A stretch of DNA of 64,000 nt from Candidatus Multivoradales bacterium (GCA_965248925.1 CBDFLE010000005.1:480001-544000); one strand, 5' to 3'. Shown: positions 1 to 9,860, counted from the first letter of the stretch. Made by a program: numbers and translations. Notes: generated by a model not told the origin, from the sequence alone.

Positions 1-812
1 ATGCGCTGACGAACCTGGTCTAGGGGCAGCCGCCAATCAACCGACAGCACCTCCACCGGCAGAGCCGCCAACTCGTCCAATAAGTGGGCGCCACCGTTGA
101 CATAGAAGATCAAAGGCACCTTGCCGGCCAGTGGTTCGAGAATTTTCAGCAGCGAGGGCAGGGCGATCTCCCGCCAGCGCCGGGCATCGAGCAAGCCGCC
201 CCAACTATCGAAGAGTTGGAGTGCCTGGGCGCCGGCGTCAATCTGCGCTTGCAGGTAGAGCAGCGAGGTTTCGGCCACCTTCGAGAGCAGCTGGCGCAGG
301 CCGCTCGGGTCGCGGTAGCTCCAGCCGAGCAAGTGGGCGAAGGATTTCGAAGCCCCTCCTTCTACCAGATAAGCGGCCAGGGTCCAGGGGGTGCCACCGA
401 AACCGATCAGCGGCACCCGTCCGGCTAGCTCGCGACGGAGCAGGCGAATGGCATCGAGCACGTAGCCGAGGCTAGCTTCGATGTCCGGGATCTTCAGGCG
501 CGCCGCGGCTGCCGCATCGCGCACCGGTTCGAGCTGCGGCCCCTTGCCCTCGCTGAACCGCAGGCCGCTGCCCATCGCTTCGAGAGGTAAGAGAATGTCG
601 GCGAACAGTATGGCGGCATCGACGCCGAGCACATCGATTGGCTGGAGGGTGACCTTTGCCGCCAACTCCGGTGTCTTGCACAGAGTCAGAAAGTCAGCTT
701 GCTGGCGCACCTCCCGATATTGGGGCAGGTAGCGCCCTGCTTGGCGCATGATCCACACCGGAACGCGCTCGACGTCTTCACCATGGCAGGCTCTCAAGAA
801 TAGGTCGTTCAT
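1..812 (-). CDS. hemE: Uroporphyrinogen decarboxylase (3' end runs off the window)
   Basis: Not in the ORF track. Manual translation from ATG at 812 gives MNDLFLRACHGEDVERVPVWIMRQAGRYLPQY...DAAILFADIL...LIGFGGTPWT...QLFDSW...SVDW, the HemE signature motifs. The frame is open to position 1. Confidence 0.95.
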   Translation of the reverse strand, partial: MNDLFLRACHGEDVERVPVWIMRQAGRYLPQYREVRQQADFLTLCKTPELAAKVTLQPIDVLGVDAAILFADILLPLEAMGSGLRFSEGKGPQLEPVRDAAAAARLKIPDIEASLGYVLDAIRLLRRELAGRVPLIGFGGTPWTLAAYLVEGGASKSFAHLLGWSYRDPSGLRQLLSKVAETSLLYLQAQIDAGAQALQLFDSWGGLLDARRWREIALPSLLKILEPLAGKVPLIFYVNGGAHLLDELAALPVEVLSVDWRLPLDQVRQR

Positions 813-860
813 CAACTCAAGCCTAGCAGAGGCGTGGCCTGGGATAAGATCTAAGCCACC

Positions 861-2732
861 ATGTTTCGACTCGTCGCCTACGCACACAATGGGGTCCATC
901 GCTTCGCGGTAGACCGTCGGGAGATGCTGCTCGGTAGCGCCGAAAGCTGCGCCATTCACCTACCATTTCCTGGGGTTAGTAGCCAGCATGCACGGCTGGT
1001 TGTCGACGGCGAAACACTGACTTTGCATGATCTTGGCGCCCGCAAGGGCCTGCTCGTCAATGGTGAGCGAGTGAAGTCGGCATCCCTGGAGGTGCTCGAC
1101 GAGATCCGTCTGGGTTCGATCGCCCTACTGGTCGAAGACGTGGTGCAAGAGGTAGCCACCGAGATACCCTCCGACGCGTCGCCGGTCACCCTGCCAACGA
1201 TCGATGCTGCCACCATGCTGCAGCACCTCATTCGCGTATCCGACTGGGTGCTTGCCGACTCTGCCAGCAACACCACTCTGGAATCCCTGGTCATCGAGCT
1301 GATCAAAGATTTCGGTGGTGGCGTGCTCTACCTTTTTCAGGGTGAAGACGAGCGCCGGGCGATCAAGTTCGTGGTCTCGTCCGAGGGCAAATGGCTGACC
1401 AGTGGGGAAGCTTTGCTGGCGCAAGTGGATACTGCTCGAGAGAGCCTTGGGCGGACGAGTAGACGGCCCACCTTCGGCCGCGCCGCGGCTCAACCGAGCG
1501 CCCCTCGCAGCGGTGGCGAGTTCGCAGGACGGCTCGACAGCGGCGACGCTTGGCTAGCTTTTCAGTCCCTCGAGGCTCTCGACCGGCCCTATCTTTTCGT
1601 CGCCGCTTTTCCCAATTATAGGCAGCAAGATTGGTCGCCGATCGATGGGCTGGGGATTCTCGGCAACCTGCTGATTCTCGGGTTGGTACACCATATCGGC
1701 CACTTCGAACCGATTCTATTGGGCTTGCCGTCGAGTGCCGAGCTGACTTTGGCGCCCGGCTTGGTGGTCGGCCAATCGGCGGCCATGCGGCGGGTGCTCG
1801 ATGAACTGCGGGCAGCCATCGATTCGCCGGTGCATGTGCTCTTGCGCGGTGAACCCGGAGTATTGAAGGAGCTCTTGGCGCGCTCGCTGCATCTTTCGGG
1901 AGCGCGCGCCGCCGGACCGTTTGAGGTGGTGTGTTGCGCTGGTGCCAAGCCGATGCAGGTCGAAGCAGAGCTCTTTGGCGGCCGGGTCGAGGGTCGCGTC
2001 GAGGCGGTGATTCGCCAGGGCAAATTGCAGACCGCCGACGGTGGCAGCTTGCTGCTGGAGGATGTCGAGACGCTGCCCCTGCCGTTGCAGGATCGCTTGA
2101 TGCGCTTTTTGCGCACCGGCCAGCCGGAATCGGTAGACGGATCGCCCGCGGCGGCATGCGATGTCCGCCTGATCTGCTCGTCGAGGGCCCCTCTGGAGGC
2201 TCTCGCAGCCCGTGATCAGCTGCGTATCGATCTCGCTTACAGCTTGTCGCGTTTCGCCGTGGACGTTCCCGCATTGCGCGAGCGACGGGAAGATTTGCCG
2301 ATGCTGATCCAGGCGGAGATCAATCGCTGTTGCCATGAAACCGGCAAACGAATCCACGGCATCACTGTCAAGGCCCTCGAAGCACTGGCAGTCTATGACT
2401 ATCCGGGCAACTTGATCGAATTGGAGAATATCGTTCGCCGGCTGGTCTATCTGTGCCCCTCCGGCCGTCCGATCGACGAAGCGATGCTGCCGCAGGAGAT
2501 TCGCCTGGCGAAGATCGCCGGCTTGAAGCCTGACATCAGCTCTGAGCTGGATCTCGAACGGCTGGTGGCCGACTGCGAGCGCGCTGCCATTCGAGAGGCA
2601 TTGCGGCGCAGTGATGGCAACAAAGCTGCCGCTGCTCGCGCCCTTGGCTTGTCTCGCAATGGGTTGGCGATGAAGATGAATCGCCTTGGCCTGGGGCGCG
2701 GCAAGGTCCAGCGTGGGGCGGTGTCGAGCTGA
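861..2732 (+). CDS. FHA-like domain + sigma54-activator-like AAA+ domain + Fis-type HTH regulator (catalytic motifs degenerate)
   Basis: N-terminal FHA-like fold (LLGS...VSSQHARL...DLG...VNG). bEBP-type motifs VLLRGEPG, ELFG, QDRLMRFL, DVRLICSS, LRERREDL, YDYPGNLIELEN. C-terminal GNKAAAARALGLSR HTH. Confidence 0.88.
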   Translation: MFRLVAYAHNGVHRFAVDRREMLLGSAESCAIHLPFPGVSSQHARLVVDGETLTLHDLGARKGLLVNGERVKSASLEVLDEIRLGSIALLVEDVVQEVATEIPSDASPVTLPTIDAATMLQHLIRVSDWVLADSASNTTLESLVIELIKDFGGGVLYLFQGEDERRAIKFVVSSEGKWLTSGEALLAQVDTARESLGRTSRRPTFGRAAAQPSAPRSGGEFAGRLDSGDAWLAFQSLEALDRPYLFVAAFPNYRQQDWSPIDGLGILGNLLILGLVHHIGHFEPILLGLPSSAELTLAPGLVVGQSAAMRRVLDELRAAIDSPVHVLLRGEPGVLKELLARSLHLSGARAAGPFEVVCCAGAKPMQVEAELFGGRVEGRVEAVIRQGKLQTADGGSLLLEDVETLPLPLQDRLMRFLRTGQPESVDGSPAAACDVRLICSSRAPLEALAARDQLRIDLAYSLSRFAVDVPALRERREDLPMLIQAEINRCCHETGKRIHGITVKALEALAVYDYPGNLIELENIVRRLVYLCPSGRPIDEAMLPQEIRLAKIAGLKPDISSELDLERLVADCERAAIREALRRSDGNKAAAARALGLSRNGLAMKMNRLGLGRGKVQRGAVSS

Positions 2733-5700
2733 GCGGCAGGCGGCTCTCCCAGCTCCGCCGCTGGGCGCTCATCTGCGGTCTCGCCCTGTGGGCATGGAGC
2801 CCCGCCGGTGCCAGTTCGATCTGCGGTGCGCGGGGCGAGAGACGGGTCGCGGCAGCTTATGAGCAGTTGTGGCAGCAACTCCGCGTGCAGGCCAGCGAAG
2901 CGGCGCAGGGGGCTCCCACGGCTGACCGGCTGGCGGCATTCCGCTATCTCATACGCCTGGCCGGCGAGGCGCCAGACCTCACCCTGATCTTGCTCGATGC
3001 CGATGGTGAACCCTATGCCTGGGGGGGGCCTGGGCTGCGCGAGGAGCTGAGGTTTGCGTCCTTGCCCAGAACCGGCATTGCTCACCACGCGAGCTATACC
3101 GCCGTCACCCTGATGGCTATCGCACCCCTGACCGCTGAGCGGCGCTCATGGCGAGTGGTGGCTGGGCGCAGCTTGGCTTATCACCGCCTGCCCTTCGGTG
3201 CCGCGGCGAGGGATCGCCATCGCTGGGCGATCGACAGCCCGCCGGCCGGCAGCACCCAGGTGCTCGAAGTAGCGGTGGAGGGGCTGCCGACCCTCTTTGT
3301 GGACTGCGCGGTGAGCGTTGAAGCGGGCGATTCGAGGAGCGCTGAGGGCCGCTTGCTCTCGCGCGGCTGGGCCTTCTGGTGGGTCGGCCTGCTGCTCTTG
3401 ATGGCGGTTGGGTGGCTGCGCCGGGTCAGCGGCGAGCGGCGGGCCAGGCAATGGCCGTTGCTGGCGACGTGGAGTGCCGCGGCGGTCGCTTTGGCGGCGT
3501 TGGGCTGGCCAGTGGCGCCAGAGTCGGCCTGCTTGCTGGCCCTCGGCTGCTGGCTGGCGGTGGCGGGTTGGTGGGGCAGCCGAAGGGATTCTCGCACCGG
3601 TGCTACGGCGCTGTTGGGAGCGTTGGCGCCAGCTCTGCTAGGAGCGGTTTGCTGGGCCAGCCAGCGGCATTTTGGTGCGCTCGACTTGGCCGGCGACTTT
3701 CTGGGTAACGCAGACGTGATGGTGCGTCGCCTGGGCTTGTGCCTGGCCATACTCGGCGCTTTGACCTGGGCTGCCGGTCGTGGTGGCCTGGGCGAGCGCC
3801 GACGATGGCTGTGGTTGGCCGCCACACTACTCACTTTGGCAGCTTGTGGCCACGACTTAACGCTGCTGGCCTGGCCTCTGGTGTGTCTGGCTGCGCTAGC
3901 GGTGGCGCTGTGGTTGCGCGGCGTCGAGTATCGCCAACGCATTGCTGCCGCCGGCCTGCTGCTGCTGCTCGCCTCGGGACTCTCGGCGGTGGTTTGGGAA
4001 TGTACCTACCGCCAGGAATTTCGCCACCTGGCAGGCGACGAGTTGCTGCAACTCCTGCTGCCGCCCACTGAGCAAGAACTCGAGAAATTACGCCTCGAAG
4101 CCTTTGATTTCTTTGATTTGCGAGAGATGAAGGATTGGGTGCCCGGAGCGGAGTCTGAACTCGATAGCAGCGACCTGGCACTACAGTTGTGGCGCCACTC
4201 GCCGCTGGCCGAACGGGACGCTTTGTCGGCCTTGGTCATCGAACCACTGCACCAAGATGCCTCCAGTTTCTCTTTCGGCCTGCCTCTGACCCCGGGCCTT
4301 TTCTACGATCAAACTCGAGACTGGCGCTCGCGCTGTAACGTGCCGTCGGTGGCCGCCTGGCAACATCCGGTGGTCTACGGCGAGCACGATCTGAACCTTG
4401 AGGGTGAGCTTTGGGGCACGGTGCGTTATTGGTTGTTGCTACGGCCGGGTTTCCGCCTGCCGGTGCGCGAAGTCGACGAGCTGTCGCGCGCGCTACTGCG
4501 GGGTGAAGCGCCGTGTCGCGAAGTGGATGGCTTACCTCGAGACCTACTCTTCGCCGTCTACGCCGCGGACGGACGTGCGGTGGCCAGTCCGTGGGAAGAG
4601 GAGCCACCACTGGAACTCGACCCGCGAGCTCAACCACGGGGCGTTGCCGCCACACCGGTGGGCCGCAGCTGGTATTGGGCGAACGCCGATGAAGAGGCGG
4701 TCGAAGTGCTCTATCTGCCACTGCTGGGCCCCTTGGAAGGCTTGGAGCGTGCCGCGACCCATGCTCTGGGGACGCTGATACCGCTGGCTTTGCTCGGTCT
4801 CTTGGGCCTTGCTCTCGCCCTCCCGAGGGCAGCTTTCAGGGCCTTCTTGTCGCGCATCTGGCGCTCCTACTCGAAGCGGCTACTGCTGGTCTTCACGGTC
4901 TTGCTGTTCGTGCCCTTGCTGGCCCTCAACTTGGTCTTGCTGAATAGCTTCGAGGATCGACTCCGGCGCGAGCAACTGGCCAAGGGGGAAGCCGCTATCG
5001 CTTCGGCACGGCTGTATTTGATCTCCTACGTGCGCGGGCTGCGGGTGGGCTTTGATTTCGAGAGTGCGATCAGCGATGAGCTGTTCGATTGGATCTCGCG
5101 GATCGTCAACCACCAGGTCAGTTTGTACTGGGGGAGCACTCGCCTGGCTTCCAGTCGGCCAGAGCTGTTCACCACCGGCTTGTTGCCGGAGCGCATCCCC
5201 GGTGAGATCTACTCCCGCTTGGCTCTTCAGGGCTATCGGGTGAGCAGCCGGGCGCGAGAGGCTGAAGATGCGTCTTATCTGGAACTCTACGCACCGCTGG
5301 GCACCGGCGACGAGGAAGGGCTGGGAGAGAGCCTGTTCATTTCCGTGCCGTTGCTCGAGCAGCAACGGGGGGTTACCCGTGAATTGGCCACGCTGCGTCG
5401 CCAAGCGGTGCTGGTGACCGCCGCATTGTTCCTCGCCCTGCTGGCGGTCGGTAGCCGTCTGGCGCGAAGTTTCACCCGCCCGATCCGCCAACTGGTGGCG
5501 GGCACTCAGAGAATTGCCGAAGGCGCTCCCGCGCTCGGCCTGGCACCCCGCGAAGAGGAGTTGGCTCTGCTCGCCGATGCGATCGATCAGATGGCCCGGC
5601 GCATCGCCGTCGGCCGCCATGCGTTGGAGCGTGAGAAGGGAGTGATGGAACGGATGGTCGAGAACATCACCTCCGGGGTGGTGTCTCTCGACCGCCAGGG

Positions 5701-6643
5701 CCGGGTGTTGCTGCACAACCGGGTAGCGATTGAGCTGCTCGGAAGCAAAGTGGGGAAACCGCTGGCCGAGACTCTGGCTGGTGAAGCGCGCCTGGCGGCG
5801 GTGGCGCGCTTCGCCGCTGAGCAAGGAAAGCTTGCGCGCCGCGGCAACATCCGTTTGACCGACGACGACGGCCAGGATCGCGAGTGGGCCTTGACTTGGG
5901 TACCGGTGCCGGGCAGCGACGATCCCGCCGCCTTGCTGGTGGTGGACGACGCCACGGAGGTGTTGCGCAGCGAGCGTCTCGAAGCCTGGGTCGAGATGGC
6001 GCGCATCATCGCCCATGAGATCAAGAACCCGCTGACTCCGATCCGTCTCTCGGCCGAGCATCTGCGCGAAGTGTGGCGGCGTCACCCTGAGCGGCTCGAC
6101 GAGGTCTTCGAGCGTTGCACCAGCAACATTCTGAAACAGGTGGAAGCCCTGCGCCTGACCGCCAGCGATTTCTCGACCTATAGTCGCGTTCCACGGGCCG
6201 AACTTGCGGCCGGTGACTTGCGCGAACCGCTGCAAGAGATCTGTGATGCCTATGCCGACTCCGCCCGCGAAGGGGTGACCCTGGAATTGCAGCTGCCCGC
6301 CGAACCAGTTCCGGCACTATTCGATTTCCGGCTGCTCGGCCGGGCTTTGCGCAATTTGCTGGAGAACGCCCTCCGTGCCAGTGGTGACGGTGGCGTTGTG
6401 GAGGTGTCCGTCGAGGCCCAGCAGGCAGCCGTCATCACCGTCCGCGACGCGGGCCCAGGGGTTGACGAGTCGGCCTTGCCGCGAATCTTCGATCCCTATT
6501 TCTCTACTCATGACACTGGCACCGGGTTGGGCTTGGCGATCACCCGGCGCATCGTCGAAGAACACGGCGGCGTGATCGAAGCTCGCAACTGGGCTGGCGG
6601 CGGGCTTGAGGTGACTATTACAATGCCCTTGGCCAATGTCTGA
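2729..6643 (+). CDS. Large multi-pass membrane sensor histidine kinase (NtrY-like: TM region, HAMP, PAS-like, HisKA, HATPase)
   Basis: H-box IAHEIKNPLTPI, N-box NLLENALRA, DAGPG, FDPYFST, GTGLGL. The ORF track starts at TTG 2867, but the frame is open back to CTG 2729, which overlaps the upstream TGA and adds a signal-peptide-like N-terminus. Confidence 0.9.
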   Translation: MSGRRLSQLRRWALICGLALWAWSPAGASSICGARGERRVAAAYEQLWQQLRVQASEAAQGAPTADRLAAFRYLIRLAGEAPDLTLILLDADGEPYAWGGPGLREELRFASLPRTGIAHHASYTAVTLMAIAPLTAERRSWRVVAGRSLAYHRLPFGAAARDRHRWAIDSPPAGSTQVLEVAVEGLPTLFVDCAVSVEAGDSRSAEGRLLSRGWAFWWVGLLLLMAVGWLRRVSGERRARQWPLLATWSAAAVALAALGWPVAPESACLLALGCWLAVAGWWGSRRDSRTGATALLGALAPALLGAVCWASQRHFGALDLAGDFLGNADVMVRRLGLCLAILGALTWAAGRGGLGERRRWLWLAATLLTLAACGHDLTLLAWPLVCLAALAVALWLRGVEYRQRIAAAGLLLLLASGLSAVVWECTYRQEFRHLAGDELLQLLLPPTEQELEKLRLEAFDFFDLREMKDWVPGAESELDSSDLALQLWRHSPLAERDALSALVIEPLHQDASSFSFGLPLTPGLFYDQTRDWRSRCNVPSVAAWQHPVVYGEHDLNLEGELWGTVRYWLLLRPGFRLPVREVDELSRALLRGEAPCREVDGLPRDLLFAVYAADGRAVASPWEEEPPLELDPRAQPRGVAATPVGRSWYWANADEEAVEVLYLPLLGPLEGLERAATHALGTLIPLALLGLLGLALALPRAAFRAFLSRIWRSYSKRLLLVFTVLLFVPLLALNLVLLNSFEDRLRREQLAKGEAAIASARLYLISYVRGLRVGFDFESAISDELFDWISRIVNHQVSLYWGSTRLASSRPELFTTGLLPERIPGEIYSRLALQGYRVSSRAREAEDASYLELYAPLGTGDEEGLGESLFISVPLLEQQRGVTRELATLRRQAVLVTAALFLALLAVGSRLARSFTRPIRQLVAGTQRIAEGAPALGLAPREEELALLADAIDQMARRIAVGRHALEREKGVMERMVENITSGVVSLDRQGRVLLHNRVAIELLGSKVGKPLAETLAGEARLAAVARFAAEQGKLARRGNIRLTDDDGQDREWALTWVPVPGSDDPAALLVVDDATEVLRSERLEAWVEMARIIAHEIKNPLTPIRLSAEHLREVWRRHPERLDEVFERCTSNILKQVEALRLTASDFSTYSRVPRAELAAGDLREPLQEICDAYADSAREGVTLELQLPAEPVPALFDFRLLGRALRNLLENALRASGDGGVVEVSVEAQQAAVITVRDAGPGVDESALPRIFDPYFSTHDTGTGLGLAITRRIVEEHGGVIEARNWAGGGLEVTITMPLANV

Positions 6644-8144
6644 GATACAACACTTTCAACGACGCCATCCTGGTTTGGGGCGCGCGGGTTGTCTGCTGGT
6701 CGCGCTGGCGGTCCTGTGGACTAGCGCCTGCGACTCACAGCGAGCGCGCAAACCACCCAGCTCGGCCATCTGGCTGGGCAGCAACGCGCCTTTGCTGGAG
6801 GCCAGCCACTTGTCCCGCTTGCGGGCTGCCGGAGTAGACGAGCTGTTCTTACAAGCCGCTGAACTGAGTTCCTCTGGTTCCCTGGCGCAGCGCTTCGAAC
6901 TCCCCCGGTTACCGCCTGGCACCACCGCTACTTTGGTGTTGACCGGCGCCTTGGATCCGCTGGCGGTAGACGTCGAGAGCTTGGCCGCCGATCTGCGTCA
7001 GCTGCGATTTGAGGCCGAAGGGGAGGGAATAGTGCCGCTGGGCTTTCATTTCGACCTCTTGGAGGTCGGCAGTCGCAGCGCCTATGCTGAGATGTTCGGC
7101 GAGCTGCGGCCCAAGCTCGGCGGTAGCTCCTACTTGTCGGCCAGCGCGCCGCGGCAGTGGGTGGGTAGCGTGGGCTATGCGGAGTTGTCCAAGGCGACTG
7201 ATTTCCTGGTGGTATTTCTCTATGGCCAAAGGGTGCATGAGCTAGAGGATTTGGCGGCTTGGGATCAGACCGAGATCGAACGTCAGCTGCAGCAGATCGA
7301 AGCCTTGGCCCAACCTTATTTGCTTGGCTTGGTGACTTTGGGCACCGCCACTCATCTGACATCAGGCGGCCAAGTTCGGGCGCGGACCACCCGCATCAGT
7401 CTGCCCGAGGTGTTGTGGAATCGGGCGCTCAAGCTACAGCCAGGGTTCACTTTGGCGGCCGGTAGTCGACGGGTTTATGAGGTCGGTGCCCTGCGCCGAG
7501 CAACCGTCGGCCCGTTTGAACTCAAGAGTGGCGACCGGGTGCGGGTAGTGCGACCGGCGAGTGCCGACTTGGAGGAACTCGGCAGGCTGCTCGGCGCCTG
7601 GCACACCCCGAATTGCCTTGGCCGGCTGTACTATCGCCTGGCCGGAGACGAAGAGCGCCTCTCGCTGAGTCTCGGCAACTTGCTCAATGCCCTCGATCCC
7701 AATCCCGCCACCCCGGACCTGGAGCTGCAAGCGGCGGTGCAACGCCGGATCGGCGGTGGCTACCGCATGCGTTTCGCTATTCGCAATCGCAATGGTGAGA
7801 TCACCGATCTCTCGCTGCTCGACAACAACTACTTGCAGGTGACGGTCAAGAACGGCACGGTGATCGGCCACCGGGTCGACGTGGGTGATTTCTATCGCTT
7901 CGACCTGCTGCGCCACGATAGCGACGGCGAACTCGAACGCACTTTTCGTAATCCCGATGTGATCCGCCTGCACCTTGCCATCCTCGGCGGTGACCAGCGG
8001 GTGGAGACTGGCGATCTGGAGCTGCGCACCCGCGGGGTGCCGGAATTAGAGTTGCGAGCGGTCTTCCTGCTCAGCGACGGGCGCAACCTGGAGGTCGGCC
8101 CGACCCATTGGCGCGGCAGCGAGCAGGTCGGTGGTGGCGGTTGA
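6636..8144 (+). CDS. Putative lipoprotein with a DUF3142/GH18-like barrel and a C-terminal beta-rich domain
   Basis: Hydrophobic signal ending LWTSA-C (lipobox-like). GFHFDL, LSASAPRQW and TDFLVVFLYG resemble DUF3142-type motifs. Overlaps the kinase stop. Family assignment is tentative. Confidence 0.6.
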   Translation: MSEIQHFQRRHPGLGRAGCLLVALAVLWTSACDSQRARKPPSSAIWLGSNAPLLEASHLSRLRAAGVDELFLQAAELSSSGSLAQRFELPRLPPGTTATLVLTGALDPLAVDVESLAADLRQLRFEAEGEGIVPLGFHFDLLEVGSRSAYAEMFGELRPKLGGSSYLSASAPRQWVGSVGYAELSKATDFLVVFLYGQRVHELEDLAAWDQTEIERQLQQIEALAQPYLLGLVTLGTATHLTSGGQVRARTTRISLPEVLWNRALKLQPGFTLAAGSRRVYEVGALRRATVGPFELKSGDRVRVVRPASADLEELGRLLGAWHTPNCLGRLYYRLAGDEERLSLSLGNLLNALDPNPATPDLELQAAVQRRIGGGYRMRFAIRNRNGEITDLSLLDNNYLQVTVKNGTVIGHRVDVGDFYRFDLLRHDSDGELERTFRNPDVIRLHLAILGGDQRVETGDLELRTRGVPELELRAVFLLSDGRNLEVGPTHWRGSEQVGGGG

Positions 8145-8863
8145 GCAGGCTGCTGCAGGCAGCCGCGGCACCGGTGGTGGATGTCTACCGTGGCCTTGAT
8201 CGTTGCTTGGCGGCAGGCTGGAGCGGCTTGCTGCGGGTCGTCGCCGGACTGCTTTTGGGCTGGTGGATCTACGTCCCCTGGCACGAACTACTGCACGCCT
8301 TAGGCTGCTGGGCAAGCGGCGGCCAGGTGGGTCGATTGGAGATTGCCGAACTCTATGGCGGCAAGGTGCTGGCCCATTACTTCAGCTTTGTCGAGGCGGG
8401 TGGGGAGTACGCCGGCCGCCTGGCTGACTTCGACACCGGCGGTAGTGATGTCATTTATCTGGCCACTGACCTGGCTCCCTTTTTACTGACTCTGTGGCCT
8501 GGGGTTTGGCTGTTGCGAAGAATGGCGCGGGGCGGACGGCCGCTGTTTTTCGGCGGCGCGCTGCCCTTCGCCTTGGCCCCCTTCTTGTCGCTGACCGGCG
8601 ATGCCTACGAAATCGGCTCGATTCTGGTCACTCGCCTGCCACCGTGGCAGGCGCTGAGCGAAGTCTTGCGGGGTGACGATATCGCCAAGGTGGCGATGGG
8701 TCTGGCGGCGGCCGGCCCGGTAGCTTGGACAGGGTGGGTAATGGCCGGCGTTCTGGGAGCTGTTTGGGCGTGGCTCAGTTGGCGGCTGGGGTCAGCGGTT
8801 GCCGGCCGGTTTGCACAACCTTCACTCGAGGCCTTTATGCCGCCAACCGCAGAGTTGGAGTGA
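8141..8863 (+). CDS. Integral membrane protein with an HExxH motif (putative zinc metalloprotease, M50-like)
   Basis: WHELLHALG lies at the end of a hydrophobic helix, with several more TM segments and a downstream GDAYE. TTG at 8141 overlaps the upstream TGA (the track starts at 8108). Confidence 0.65.
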   Translation: MSRLLQAAAAPVVDVYRGLDRCLAAGWSGLLRVVAGLLLGWWIYVPWHELLHALGCWASGGQVGRLEIAELYGGKVLAHYFSFVEAGGEYAGRLADFDTGGSDVIYLATDLAPFLLTLWPGVWLLRRMARGGRPLFFGGALPFALAPFLSLTGDAYEIGSILVTRLPPWQALSEVLRGDDIAKVAMGLAAAGPVAWTGWVMAGVLGAVWAWLSWRLGSAVAGRFAQPSLEAFMPPTAELE

Positions 8864-9137
8864 GATCATCGAATGTACTGGCTAGTGCCAGTGCTCTGCC
8901 TCGAGGCCCTGTTGGGAGTAGCCCCGCCGGCGGTTGGCTGCCGTCTGCGCGACGCGGGAATCACAGTCCAGACGGTGCGGCTGACGGCAGCTGCCGCGAC
9001 TCCGTGCTACCGTGCTGGCAACGAGGCCCCGGCAGCTGCCTTGAGACTAGGCACCCGAGCGGGCCGATCTCTGCGTAGCTGGTGATCGGCGTTTGATCGC
9101 CAGCCGTGGCACCAACGACCAAGACTGGAGTGACACC

Positions 9138-9407
9138 ATCAAGACAATCCGCAATGTGACGACCCGGCCTCTCAAGGTGCCCTTGCCACGCGGCAAGGTG
9201 CTTTTCCTGAGTCCCCAAAAAACCGGAGGGATCGCTGATCGGGCGGTGGATCATCCGCCGCTCGCTCGCCTGGTGGAAGCTGGCGAGCTGGAAGTGGTCA
9301 GTAACGCTAGCCACACAGAGCTGCAGAAGGGCTCACCGGGTGCGGTACGCGCTTCGAACCAGGATGCCCACCCGGAACGCACCATGCGTCAACGCGGCGA
9401 CCGTTAG
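9138..9407 (+). CDS. Small hypothetical protein
   Basis: Protein-like sequence IKTIRNVTTRPLKVPLPRGKVLFL...DHPPLARLVEAGELEV. SD GGAG at 9127-9130 sits 7 nt before an in-frame ATC at 9138. Alternative start TTG 9093. Confidence 0.55.
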   Translation: MKTIRNVTTRPLKVPLPRGKVLFLSPQKTGGIADRAVDHPPLARLVEAGELEVVSNASHTELQKGSPGAVRASNQDAHPERTMRQRGDR

Positions 9408-9462
9408 CCGCCGGCCAAGAGAGGTAGGACTTGGTGATCCGCAATCGTCCGGCACAGGCGGC

Positions 9463-9860
9463 TCAGAACTCCCACAGGGCGCGTATCGGCAGTGCGTCGA
9501 TCCGTGGCCCGCAGGGTAGGGCTTGGTCACCGCGATGCAGCAAGATTCCGCGGTGAAACCGCTCGCCGGTGCTTGCCGCCAGTGTCTTGAGTCCACGCAG
9601 GTCATTCCAATCCCAAGTGGCTCCAGCCTCGACCTCAATGCCAAGAACGCGACCTGCGGCGTCTTCCAACACCAGGTCAACCTCTTGGGCGCTCGAGGTA
9701 CGGAAATGAAATTGGTCAGTCAAACCCGCGATATTCGCCAGATCCCGAATGTCGCGTTGCAGAATAGTGGTGATGTAGGCTGAGAACCAGGCGGAGCGCC
9801 GGTCGTCATCCTGGCGGCTGACGACCTCTGGAAAGCCCCCGGTACATGCTCTGCGAATCA
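9463..9860 (-). pseudogene. Remnant of an AAA+ ATPase/DUF4143 gene (5' truncated, internally deleted)
   Basis: GGFPE...YITTILQRDIRDL joins directly to FHFRT..QEVDLVLE...GIEVE. The Walker A region and the middle of DUF4143 are missing. Confidence 0.8.

Noticed and set aside
8279-8294. Sigma54 -24/-12-like TGGCAC...TGC
   Set aside because: GG-to-GC spacing is 11 rather than 10 nt, and it lies inside a CDS.
8873-9085. 70-aa ORF with a hydrophobic start
   Set aside because: No SD, no motif, and it overlaps a likely promoter and hairpin region.
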